From NCBI GenBank assembly GCA_964581095.1, contig CAZONK010000001.1:1745-63504 (forward strand): DNA of 61,760 bases, in the 5' to 3' direction. This stretch comes from an uncultured Roseivirgaceae bacterium. GTDB taxonomy: Bacteria; Bacteroidota; Bacteroidia; Cytophagales; Cyclobacteriaceae. The notes under the pieces are model-generated. The model had not been told where the DNA came from. It ran no database searches and saw only the letters and a program-made list of their open reading frames with translations. Below, in pieces: positions 1 to 8,858 of this stretch (the first letter of the stretch is position 1; each line of letters begins with the position of its first letter). A program made the translations under genes and the position numbers.

Positions 1-6
1 ATAAAC

Positions 7-2592
7 TTAGTCATCCCTCAAACATTCAGTTGGATTGATCCTCGCTGCCCTGAACGTTTGTAATCCAACAGTCAGCCAAACCATCAACAATACAATGAAT
101 CCTGTCCCCGCAAATATCCACCATTCCAATTCAATCCGATAGACGAATTCATTCAACCAGTTTTTAGCAATTAAATAGCTTATCGGTAGGGCTATAAGAA
201 TAGCTGCCAGCCCCATTTTAGTGAAGTCGCCCGATAACAGACGTACGATGTTAAATACACTTGATCCCAGGATTTTACGGATCCCTATTTCTTTCAACCG
301 TCTCTCGGCTGTAAAAGTAGCCAAGCCAAGGAGTCCCAGGCAGGATATGATAATGGCAATACCTCCGAAATACTTTGACAGTGTGCTGATGCGTTGCTCA
401 GCCGCGTATTGAAACTGGTAGTCCTGATCGATAAACCGGTAATCAAAGGTAAATCCAGGATTATATTCTCTATAAAAATCCCCTATACCTTTTAGAGTCT
501 TGCTTGTTTTATCTCTTCCAGCCTTGACCATCACCCTTTCGGTGTATTCCGGCGCGAGAATGAAAAATAACGGTTTCACCTCGGATCGAAATGACTCGTA
601 ATTGAAATTTTCAAATACTCCTATAATTTCGCAGTTATATGATCCGAAACTAATTGAATTCCCGACAGGATCTTCCATACCCATAGCCTCAATACCAGCC
701 TTGTTGAATATGACCTGCATAGTGTCACCAAAATCTCTGGAAAAGCTACGGCCGGCAACAAACTTTAATCCCATCATTTCGGGTAGATCATAGTTTGCAG
801 CTCGAACTGCAAATGGGATGCGTAACTCAGGGTCTTTCCCTTCCCAGTCAAGATTTGTGGTATTGCCTCCACCTACCATGCTTTCACTTGCACTTGAAGA
901 ATATTCTACTCCTGGAATTTGCCTTAATTCTGAAAGAAAAGTTTCGAGATTGTCCTTTATTTTTCCTTCAATATTAAAGTAGAATATGTTATCCCTGTTG
1001 TATCCAATGTTCTTGTTTTGTACATATTCGATTTGCATATAAATTACTGCTACTGATGCAATAAAAATTACAGTAATAGCAAATTGAAATACGACCAATC
1101 CATTTCGTACCCAGAGTTCACCCAAACTACCCTTAATTTTTCCCTTTAGTATATCAATCGGTTTGAAACCGGATAAGTAAATTGCCGGATAACTACCCGC
1201 AAGTAAGCCTGTTATCAGGGTGATACCCAATGATGTCAGTATCAAGTTGGAATCAAAAATGAGTGTAAGGTTTTTTCCAGTGATTTGATTAAACTGAGGT
1301 AACAAAAAGTAAACGATTAGTATTGCACACAGTAAGCCAAAAAATGCGATAATGATTGATTCCAACAAATATTGAATGACAAGAGAATAACGAAATGCAC
1401 CTACAGCTTTTTTGATCCCTACTTCTTTCATCCTGCGAGATGCCCTGGAAGTAGCCAGGTTCATGAAGTTGATACATGCAATCGCAAGTATAAAGATTGC
1501 GATCATCGAAAACAATCGCACATACTCAATCATTCCTCCACTCAGAATTCCGCTTTCATTCATATCATATAGGTAAGTCCTGGAATAGCGGGCCATAAAA
1601 AGTTTTCGGTGGGTGGATTCTGTCTTCGTACTGATGTAATCCGTAATATTTTCAGAAAACTTATTTGAATCCGAACCTTTTTTCAGCACCACATACGTAA
1701 ATGGTCCGGCATTTTCCCATGAAAAAGCCTGGGGTTGCGTGTCTTTTAAAATATCAACGGATAAAACCATATCAAATCGCATAGATGAATTGGAGGGTAC
1801 ATTTTCAACAATACCGGAAATGAAATACTCCGTTTCGTGTTGAAATTCCAGTGCCTTACCGATCAGATTATTTGTAGTTCCAAATAATCTGAGGGCAATT
1901 TCTTCTGAGATAACCACATGATTTTTATCTGCCAATACCCGGTCCGGATCTCCATGGATGAGGTTAAATGAAAACACATTAAAAAAATCTTTACCTGTAT
2001 AAATTCCTCTTGCTTCTGTGATTTTATCTTTAACAGAAAGGGTAAATGGACTGTACCAGAAAAAGGGAGTTACGACAGTTGCAAATTCTACCTCGGGCAT
2101 TTCTTCTTTGAGCGATTCTGCCAGTAACCACGGAGTTGATCCGGTAACCCGAACACTTCCTGTATGTTGCTGGCCTTCCATTAACTGAAAAAGATTGGAA
2201 TCATTTTTATGAAAATTATCCATACTCAGTTCATCATTCACCCACAGGTAAATGACCAGGGCACAAGCCAGACCGGAGGACAACCCAATCAGGTTAATAA
2301 AAAATGAGCTTTTATAACGTTTGAAATTTCTAAAACTGACCAATAAATTGTGTTGGAACATAGCTATAAAATTGTGATTTTGAATTCCTGAAAATGAACG
2401 AATAATACCCGGCCGGAAAAGCTTTAAGATATCCGCCATGAATAGCCATTTTGCTTTTTTGATTCCTTTTTCTTTCACGTTCTGATCAAAGAGTTCGATC
2501 AAATCCCCTTCGATATATTTTACCAGGTCCGGGTGGCAAAACCAGTGAAAGAGTCGGAGAAGGAATTGAGGTGGATAGTGTTTCTTATTCAT
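7..2592 (-). CDS. FtsX/MacB-type ABC transporter permease with N-terminal PadR-associated prefix domain
   Basis: 861-aa ORF. The N-terminal motif HWFCHPDLVKYIEGDLIELF is shared with the neighbouring paralog. It has two FtsX 4-TM modules, each preceded by a large extracytoplasmic MacB-like domain. It overlaps the upstream paralog by 8 nt. Confidence 0.85.
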   Translation of the reverse strand: MNKKHYPPQFLLRLFHWFCHPDLVKYIEGDLIELFDQNVKEKGIKKAKWLFMADILKLFRPGIIRSFSGIQNHNFIAMFQHNLLVSFRNFKRYKSSFFINLIGLSSGLACALVIYLWVNDELSMDNFHKNDSNLFQLMEGQQHTGSVRVTGSTPWLLAESLKEEMPEVEFATVVTPFFWYSPFTLSVKDKITEARGIYTGKDFFNVFSFNLIHGDPDRVLADKNHVVISEEIALRLFGTTNNLIGKALEFQHETEYFISGIVENVPSNSSMRFDMVLSVDILKDTQPQAFSWENAGPFTYVVLKKGSDSNKFSENITDYISTKTESTHRKLFMARYSRTYLYDMNESGILSGGMIEYVRLFSMIAIFILAIACINFMNLATSRASRRMKEVGIKKAVGAFRYSLVIQYLLESIIIAFFGLLCAILIVYFLLPQFNQITGKNLTLIFDSNLILTSLGITLITGLLAGSYPAIYLSGFKPIDILKGKIKGSLGELWVRNGLVVFQFAITVIFIASVAVIYMQIEYVQNKNIGYNRDNIFYFNIEGKIKDNLETFLSELRQIPGVEYSSSASESMVGGGNTTNLDWEGKDPELRIPFAVRAANYDLPEMMGLKFVAGRSFSRDFGDTMQVIFNKAGIEAMGMEDPVGNSISFGSYNCEIIGVFENFNYESFRSEVKPLFFILAPEYTERVMVKAGRDKTSKTLKGIGDFYREYNPGFTFDYRFIDQDYQFQYAAEQRISTLSKYFGGIAIIISCLGLLGLATFTAERRLKEIGIRKILGSSVFNIVRLLSGDFTKMGLAAILIALPISYLIAKNWLNEFVYRIELEWWIFAGTGFIVLLMVWLTVGLQTFRAARINPTECLRDD

Positions 2593-5212
2593 CCCCCAGG
2601 CATTTAACAGGATTGGAAAAGGACACTTTTATCACCTGACTTCCAATGGTCATCAACGATACTCCCAAGGCAACAAATGTTGCAACTACAAATAAAATCC
2701 AGTGTAAATCTATTCGATATGCAAAATTTTCCAGCCAATTATTCAATCCGAAAATAGATACAGGTATGGCAATGATGGAAGCAATGATCACAAGCCTTAA
2801 AAAATCTTTTGTTAAAAGACCCAATAGAGCAACAGGAGTTGCACCCAGAATTTTCCGGATACCCATTTCTTTAGTTCGGCTGGCGGTACTGAGGGAAGAC
2901 AAGCCAAGCAATCCAAGGCAGGATAACAATACTGCAATGGACGCGAGGTACAGGATAAGCTTCCCAAACCTATCTTCTGTATTATATTGTGCCTGATATG
3001 CCTGGTCGGCAAAATAGTAACTAAAGGGCCTCTTGGGACCCAACTTCATCCATTCCTCTTTCAAAATGGCAATTGTCTCGTTAATATTATGACTGGAAAT
3101 GTCCAGTGTTATAAAGGTGAAACGTACAGGGTCTATTTGAATAGTCAATGGTTGTATTATTTCTTTCAATGAATAAATATGGAAGTCCTTTACCACTCCC
3201 ACAACTGTACCCCGCCATCTATTCCATTGTTCAAATTCCTTCCCAATGACTTCATTTAGATTCGAATAACCAAGCTCCCTGGCGGCAGTTTCATTCATGA
3301 TCATGGCATTTTTAATATCTGATTGAAGATCTTTTTGAAATGCCCTGCCTGCCACAACTTCAATCCTATATTGATCTAGAAAATCAAAATCAACCCAATA
3401 CACATCAGCCTGGAAATTTTGGGTCTCACCCCCGGCTCCCTGAATTTTTGTATTAAATCTACGATTGGTTTGCCCGGGTACACACGAAGACATACTTATC
3501 TGTTCTACACCAGGAATGGCCATCAACTGCTGCTTGACAAATTTCCCGTTTTCTTTAATATTTCGATCGAAATAGAAATCCAAAATGAGTTTTTGTTTCC
3601 TGTCATATCCAAGGTCCTTATTTAACATAAATTGGATTTGTTGGTAAACAACAATTGTGGAACTGATAAGAACAATGGAAATAAAAAATTGAGTTACTAC
3701 CAACACTTTTCCCATGTTAAAGCCATGTAACCCCCCGGAAACAAATTTTCCTTTTATTCCATTGATTGCGTTAAATCCCGAGAGAAAATATGCGGGATAA
3801 ATGCCTGAAAATATGCCCAGGAAAAGTGTCAATACCAATAACCAGCCGAAGTGATGGGCATGATCAATAATATCTACGCTGATTTGTTTGCCAACTAGTA
3901 TTTGAAAATACGGGGATATCAAAACAAATAATATTGCTGCAAATCCATAAGCAACAAATGAAAATAACAACGCATCCCATAAAAATTGAAATACAAGATG
4001 TCTTTTTTCTACGCCCAATACTTTTCGTATGCTAATTTCCTTCACCCTGTTTAGGGACAGGGCTGTGGAAAGGTTTACAAAATTGAATCCTGCAATGAAC
4101 AATACGAAAATGGCAATAATGGCCAGAATGTAGATGTTTTTGATATTTCCAGCCACTGAAGACCCCGTACGCCACCCTCTCGGGTCTGCATGCAGATAAA
4201 TACTTTTTAATGGCTCCAGGGACATCTCGTACCTGGATTCGCTTTGGTCAATGCGGTTGCTTACAAAATCGGTTAGTTTGGCATGTAATGAAGTGAGGTC
4301 CGGATATTCCTCAAGTAGCAAGTAGGTATAGCACCCGAACAATGTCCAATTCTTTTTAATTGAGGGGTTCCATACATCGGTCAGTAATGACATTGATAAC
4401 AGTATATCTATCCTGAAATGTGAGTTTTGAGGCATATCCTTCATTACCCCGGTCACATAAACGGAAGTTGATCCGTCCAATATTATTTGCTCGCCAATAC
4501 AATTGGTAGACCCAAAATATTTGATTGCTGCACTCTCAGATAGGACAACACTATATGGTGTATCAAATACTTTATTTGGATTACCTGTTAGCAAAGGCAA
4601 TGTAAACAAAGAAAAAAGAGAAGCATCGGTATAAGCCACATCTTCCCTGGTATAATTATCCAGGCTGGATTGCACAATCATGTAGTCTAAAAACACCTGC
4701 GTAAACCCGGTTATTTCCGGAAAAGATTCAGCCATGGCCGGAGCCATGGGAATGGAAGAACTTTGAAGCTTAGTGCCTGATGCAGTTTTTACATCTGTAA
4801 CCAGTCGATAAATGTTGTCGGCCTTCTCGTTATACGCATCATAGCTCAATTCAAAATCCACATATATCAAAGCAAAAAAGCAAACCAATAATCCAATGGT
4901 CAATCCTACAAGATTAATGAATGTCAAAGATTTATGTTTTTGCAGATATCTAAAGGTGATTTTCATATGATTCTTAAACAAACCGAAATGGTTTAACCTA
5001 AGCGTTCCACCTACCGGCCGGATAATGGATGGCCTGAAAAGTTTCAATACATCCCAGGCAAATAACCACTTTGCTTTTTTTAGCCCTTCTCTTTTTACAT
5101 TTTCGTCAAAAAGTTCAATCAAATCCCCTTCGATATATTTTAACAATTCCGGATGGCAAAACCATCGGAAGAACAGAACAGGAATTTTTGGAGGTGAGGG
5201 CTTATCCTTCAT
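2585..5212 (-). CDS. FtsX/MacB-type ABC transporter permease, paralog of 7..2592
   Basis: 875-aa ORF with the same architecture and the same N-terminal prefix (RWFCHPELLKYIEGDLIELF). It lies 12 nt downstream of padR on the same strand. Confidence 0.85.
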   Translation of the reverse strand: MKDKPSPPKIPVLFFRWFCHPELLKYIEGDLIELFDENVKREGLKKAKWLFAWDVLKLFRPSIIRPVGGTLRLNHFGLFKNHMKITFRYLQKHKSLTFINLVGLTIGLLVCFFALIYVDFELSYDAYNEKADNIYRLVTDVKTASGTKLQSSSIPMAPAMAESFPEITGFTQVFLDYMIVQSSLDNYTREDVAYTDASLFSLFTLPLLTGNPNKVFDTPYSVVLSESAAIKYFGSTNCIGEQIILDGSTSVYVTGVMKDMPQNSHFRIDILLSMSLLTDVWNPSIKKNWTLFGCYTYLLLEEYPDLTSLHAKLTDFVSNRIDQSESRYEMSLEPLKSIYLHADPRGWRTGSSVAGNIKNIYILAIIAIFVLFIAGFNFVNLSTALSLNRVKEISIRKVLGVEKRHLVFQFLWDALLFSFVAYGFAAILFVLISPYFQILVGKQISVDIIDHAHHFGWLLVLTLFLGIFSGIYPAYFLSGFNAINGIKGKFVSGGLHGFNMGKVLVVTQFFISIVLISSTIVVYQQIQFMLNKDLGYDRKQKLILDFYFDRNIKENGKFVKQQLMAIPGVEQISMSSCVPGQTNRRFNTKIQGAGGETQNFQADVYWVDFDFLDQYRIEVVAGRAFQKDLQSDIKNAMIMNETAARELGYSNLNEVIGKEFEQWNRWRGTVVGVVKDFHIYSLKEIIQPLTIQIDPVRFTFITLDISSHNINETIAILKEEWMKLGPKRPFSYYFADQAYQAQYNTEDRFGKLILYLASIAVLLSCLGLLGLSSLSTASRTKEMGIRKILGATPVALLGLLTKDFLRLVIIASIIAIPVSIFGLNNWLENFAYRIDLHWILFVVATFVALGVSLMTIGSQVIKVSFSNPVKCLGDE

Positions 5213-5223
5213 ATTAAGTTCTT

Positions 5224-5562
5224 TCAGGCGAATTTTAAATCAAGGGCAACTTTGGGAATTGCATCATACAGTTGGTTTCGCATTTCTTTTGTTTGTTCCA
5301 TCACGTTTTTACCAACGGCAGTAATGACAAAATAGCGTTTTGGGCGGCCTCCACGTTCGCTGGTAGACTCCCCTTCACGGGATGACAGATAGCCCTTTTG
5401 TTCGAGTCTCTTCAAGGCAGATTGCAGTGCCCCAACACTTACCTTCCGTGCAAGGCGTGTTTCAATATCTTTTTTAATAGATACGCCATAAGCATCGCCA
5501 TACAATACTCCAACAGTTAGCATCACGATTTCCTCAAATTCACCCAGTTGATATTTACCCAT
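5224..5562 (-). CDS. padR: PadR family transcriptional regulator
   Basis: 112 aa with a winged-HTH pattern (GYLSSREGESTSERGGRPKRYFVIT), typical PadR size, and a position heading the permease genes. Confidence 0.9.
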   Translation of the reverse strand: MGKYQLGEFEEIVMLTVGVLYGDAYGVSIKKDIETRLARKVSVGALQSALKRLEQKGYLSSREGESTSERGGRPKRYFVITAVGKNVMEQTKEMRNQLYDAIPKVALDLKFA

Positions 5563-5568
5563 GGTTAT

Positions 5569-5629
5569 TTCCTAATTGTAGTATTGCAAATAAAGTCAAA
5601 AAATATGTAAATTCCTAATTGTAGTATTG
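5569..5629. promoter_or_regulatory. Two perfect 18-nt direct repeats (TTCCTAATTGTAGTATTG) upstream of padR; candidate operator
   Basis: The exact copies are at 5569-5586 and 5612-5629, 43 bp apart. The proximal copy ends 6 nt from the padR start codon. Confidence 0.5.
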
Positions 5630-5653
5630 TGATTCTAACTACTGTAAATTACT

Positions 5654-5689
5654 TAACCTGAGTTCGATATAAAATTCGAACTCACGTTA
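5654..5689. other. Imperfect hairpin between the ATPase gene end and the padR promoter; possible terminator or insulator
   Basis: tgagttcga (5659-5667) pairs with tcgaactca (5676-5684) across an 8-nt loop, and four further flanking base pairs follow one mismatch. There is no T-tract. Confidence 0.35.
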
Positions 5690-5760
5690 CTTAAGACCTC
5701 CTGTCTAATGGTCAATGCAGCTATAAATAAAAGACTCCGGGTGGGATGTGGGATGAGGGA

Positions 5761-6945
5761 TTAGTCATCTAATTTCTGTAGCAAATTCATTATTTCTGTC
5801 AATGAAATAGCAGTTATGCCTTTTGCAATAGGGAAGCGATTCTCCCCGGAATAAACCAAAAATCGATCTGTGGCTTCTATGTCTTCACATCCAAGATGAA
5901 ATCCTTTAGATACTTTTGGGGAAAGCGATCTTTTAATTTCTATCGCTATTTTTATTCGTTGACTGTGTTCTATAATAAAATCTATTTCTGCTCCTGCAGA
6001 AGTTCTATAAAACCAACAAGTTGCTCTTGCAGGAATACACGAAATAAGGTTTTCGATTACGAACCCTTCCCAACTCGTCCCAATAACAGGATGGCCCATC
6101 AGGTCATCGATATTAGAAATATTTAGTAATGCATGCGTGAGACCACTATCTCTGATATAGACTTTCGGGGTTTTGACGAGGCGCTTTCCGACATTTCCGG
6201 ACCACGGGCGTAAAGTACGGATAAGAAGCAAGTCCTCCAGTAAATCGATATATCGTTTTGCTGTAGGCGCAGCCACATCCAGGTTCGCACCTAGTTTTGC
6301 TATATTCACCTGTGTACCTTGATTGTGTCCCAGCATCGTCCATAATCTCCTCAAAGTTGTAGCTGGTATTCTTGGCCCCATTTGAGGTATGTCACGTTCT
6401 AAATATGTACTGATAAAGTTGTTCCGCCATCTCAGGCTGGCCTGGTCACTTTTCGCCAATACACTATCAGGAAATCCTCCCCTAAGCCACAATTGATAAG
6501 AGGTGATTTTTGATTCCTTATTAATTTCGATTAGGTTCAATCCGGACAATTCTACATAAGCGATCCTACCGGCAAGGCTTTCCGATGATTGCCTAATCAA
6601 ATCCAATGAAGCAGAGCCCAATATAAGGAATTGACCTGTATTATAGCCTTTTCGTCGATTACGATCAATTACACCTCTTAAAATTGAGAACAATTCGGGT
6701 ACTCGCTGAATTTCATCCAGGATAACAAGTTTACCTGTGTGCAATTCGAAAAATTGCTCTGGTTCATCCAGTTTGGATAAGTCAGAAGGGGACTCCAAAT
6801 CCAAATATATTGCTTCCGAAGCTAAATGTCCTGTCAATTCGAGTGCCAGCGTAGTTTTACCAATTTGCCTTGGGCCCAGAATGGCAACTGCTGAAAATTC
6901 TGTTAATAATTGGAAGATCTCATCCTGTATATGCCGCTTAATCAT
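5761..6945 (-). CDS. AAA+ ATPase of the COG1373/DUF4143 type, function unknown
   Basis: 394 aa with Walker A GPRQIGKTT and Walker B VILDEIQ. The C-terminal half has the DUF4143-like pattern (YIRDSGL...WEGFVIEN). It is a paralog of 30234..31409. Confidence 0.8.
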   Translation of the reverse strand: MIKRHIQDEIFQLLTEFSAVAILGPRQIGKTTLALELTGHLASEAIYLDLESPSDLSKLDEPEQFFELHTGKLVILDEIQRVPELFSILRGVIDRNRRKGYNTGQFLILGSASLDLIRQSSESLAGRIAYVELSGLNLIEINKESKITSYQLWLRGGFPDSVLAKSDQASLRWRNNFISTYLERDIPQMGPRIPATTLRRLWTMLGHNQGTQVNIAKLGANLDVAAPTAKRYIDLLEDLLLIRTLRPWSGNVGKRLVKTPKVYIRDSGLTHALLNISNIDDLMGHPVIGTSWEGFVIENLISCIPARATCWFYRTSAGAEIDFIIEHSQRIKIAIEIKRSLSPKVSKGFHLGCEDIEATDRFLVYSGENRFPIAKGITAISLTEIMNLLQKLDD

Positions 6946-6982
6946 CCTTGCAATAATAACATTATTTGTTTGATTTGCAAGG
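6946..6982. promoter_or_regulatory. Inverted 8-mers CCTTGCAA/TTGCAAGG abutting the ATPase start codon; candidate operator
   Basis: CCTTGCAA at 6946-6953 directly abuts the start codon (6943-6945), and TTGCAAGG is at 6975-6982. Confidence 0.35.
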
Positions 6983-7026
6983 TATAATTTATTGATATTT
7001 TAATTCTTCTATTTCCTTGAAAAATC

Positions 7027-7290
7027 TCAACCTTCTTTTATTACCCAACCTATTGTCTTGCCAAATTCATTGGAAATACGAAGTGTTACAAATTCATCCT
7101 GCATACCAGGATCTTTACCATTCCAGTCAAGTCCACTATTTGTAACCCCCATGTTCGTAATTGGTGATTCCGATTTGGAGACTTCGAATACTACTCCGGT
7201 TTGTAACAGATCATTTCGGAATGTTTCGAAATGTTTGTTGATATCTTCACTTTTAATTGGTACAGGTATAATTAAAAAAAAGATTTTTAA
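7027..7290 (-). pseudogene. Relic internal fragment of a third FtsX/MacB-type permease
   Basis: Minus-strand translation gives ...SEDINKHFETFRNDLLQTGVVFEVSKSESPITNMGVTNSGLDWNGKDPGMQDEFVTLRISNEFGKTIGWVIKEG*. This aligns to ETFLSELRQIPGVEYSSSASESMVGGGNTTNLDWEGKDPELRIPFAVRA of ORF 7..2592. There is no start codon and both ends are truncated. Confidence 0.6.
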
Positions 7291-7366
7291 TTTTTTTAAT
7301 TATAGATAATATGAGCCAAAAAGTATACTAAATATGGTGTAGAATCAATTCTGGAAAGTACAATTA

Positions 7367-7771
7367 TTATTTTATTTCATCCCACAAGCGTAAGCCTGCG
7401 ATCTTAAGAAAGTGATGATCATAAGTTACCAATTCAGCACCAGATTCTATGGCATGAGATGCAATCCAAACATCGTTAATCGGGATAGGTGATCCTGATT
7501 TTTTAAGGGCATATTTTATCTCAGAAAAAATCCGAGATGTTTCTATTGATGCTTCAAATATTGAAACACCGGGTTTTTTCAAAAACTTATTTAGGTATTC
7601 CTTATTTTTCTTCTCCCTGGATCCAGCTTTGAAACCGTAATAAAGCTCTGCAAGAACAAATACTGATAAGTAAATAATACCCGATTCACTTATTATCTTT
7701 AGTATTTTTTCATCCCCTTTAAAAAAATTACTGCAGGCATTCGTATCAAGCAATATTTTTTTCATTTCCAA
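7367..7771 (-). CDS. vapC: PIN-domain ribonuclease toxin, VapC-like
   Basis: 134 aa with an N-terminal ILLDTNA acidic motif and PIN-like spacing of later acidic residues. It overlaps the upstream small antitoxin ORF by 10 nt. Confidence 0.85.
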   Translation of the reverse strand: MEMKKILLDTNACSNFFKGDEKILKIISESGIIYLSVFVLAELYYGFKAGSREKKNKEYLNKFLKKPGVSIFEASIETSRIFSEIKYALKKSGSPIPINDVWIASHAIESGAELVTYDHHFLKIAGLRLWDEIK

Positions 7772-8019
7772 TCATCCGGGTCAATTTTATGAAATGTCTT
7801 AGTCCGTTCTTCAAATTCCTGATACTCCTTATCGCTCCACACACCAAACAAATCAATAAATTCTTGTTCTTGGTCTTTTTCCGGATCAGGCGTAATGCCT
7901 AACGCTTTATTCAGTAATTCCTTGATGGTTCTATTTAAACTGTACCCATTTTTCCTTGCTCTTCTAGTGATAAGTTCGGTTAATCGGTCATCAAGATTAT
8001 GTATAGTAATTGATTTCAT
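7762..8019 (-). CDS. vapB: Ribbon-helix-helix antitoxin, VapB/FitA-like
   Basis: 85 aa. The N-terminus SITIHNLDDRLTELITRRARKNGYSLNRTIKELL fits an RHH fold. It is translationally coupled to the PIN gene. Confidence 0.7.
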   Translation of the reverse strand: MKSITIHNLDDRLTELITRRARKNGYSLNRTIKELLNKALGITPDPEKDQEQEFIDLFGVWSDKEYQEFEERTKTFHKIDPDDWK

Positions 8020-8061
8020 GAACCATTTTATGAACCAATATAAATCATTTTTGGTTCATAA
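8018..8061. promoter_or_regulatory. Candidate vapBC operator: three copies of ATGAACCA, including an 11-bp-arm palindrome
   Basis: ATGAACCA occurs at 8018-8025 (overlapping the start codon) and 8030-8037, and inverted at 8052-8059. The palindrome is TTATGAACCAA-N12-TTGGTTCATAA at 8028-8061. Confidence 0.55.
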
Positions 8062-8216
8062 TCAACAAACTTCCCAAAACTACTTGCTAAATTTCCCTGT
8101 TGGCCAAAATCTCAATTCTGATCATGATTTAAAATATAGTTATTAAAATCTTAAAAAAATGCCCCAATTTCTTGAGGCATTCGTGACAGCAATTAATCTT
8201 CTTCCTATAAATTTTG

Positions 8217-8834
8217 CTAGTAAAACTCTACTTCACCTGTCTCTACAGAATAAACCCCTCTTGCGATTATAATATCACCAGCATATTTCATTTGAGCCAA
8301 TATTTTACTTTTGTCTAATATTTGATCTGCAACATCAAGTACATTCCTTTTAGCAACAGAATCCGTAAATTGTATATCACCCATTTCATTCTCTGGTTCT
8401 TTCTTTACTTTTTCTATGGCAGGTTCAATTTTTTTTAGCAATCCTGTGAGATTACCCATTTTAACCTGATCAATGGCACCTTTAACAGCTCCACACCGGG
8501 TATGGCCTAAAACCACGATCAGTTTGGAACCCGCCACATTGCATGCAAATTCCATGCTTCCCAGAATATCTTCATTCAATATATTTCCGGCAATTCTAAT
8601 ACTAAAAATATCACCGAGTCCCTGGTCGAAAATCAACTCGGCAGACACCCTTGAATCGATACAACTTAATATTGTTGCAAAAGGATATTGTCCTTCGCTG
8701 GTTTCATTTACCTGCTCAAGCAAGTTTCTGTGAGCTTTAAGATTATTAACAAAACGGGTATTGCCTTCTTTCAAATATTCAAGGGCAATTTCCGGAGTTA
8801 TATTCGCTTGTGATTCTTTTGTATGTGTTCTCAT
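8217..8834 (-). CDS. Beta-class carbonic anhydrase
   Basis: It carries the zinc-ligand motifs SCIDSR and GHTRCGA and is 205 aa long. It lies downstream of a SulP transporter gene. Confidence 0.9.
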   Translation of the reverse strand: MRTHTKESQANITPEIALEYLKEGNTRFVNNLKAHRNLLEQVNETSEGQYPFATILSCIDSRVSAELIFDQGLGDIFSIRIAGNILNEDILGSMEFACNVAGSKLIVVLGHTRCGAVKGAIDQVKMGNLTGLLKKIEPAIEKVKKEPENEMGDIQFTDSVAKRNVLDVADQILDKSKILAQMKYAGDIIIARGVYSVETGEVEFY

Positions 8835-8858
8835 AATTATATTTTTTTGTAAGTAATG

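Noticed and set aside
5743-5751. The 9-mer gggatgtgg, identical to the 5' end of tRNA-Pro, sits next to the stop of the first DUF4143 ATPase gene. I considered it as a possible att remnant.
   Set aside because: A 9-mer match somewhere in 61 kb is expected by chance given the ~67 possible tRNA 9-mers. There is no extended similarity, and integrases normally duplicate tRNA 3' ends.
7058-7309. An 83-aa plus-strand ORF lies between the ATPase gene and vapC.
   Set aside because: The opposite strand of the same DNA encodes a clear FtsX-permease-like fragment, so the plus-strand ORF is its shadow.
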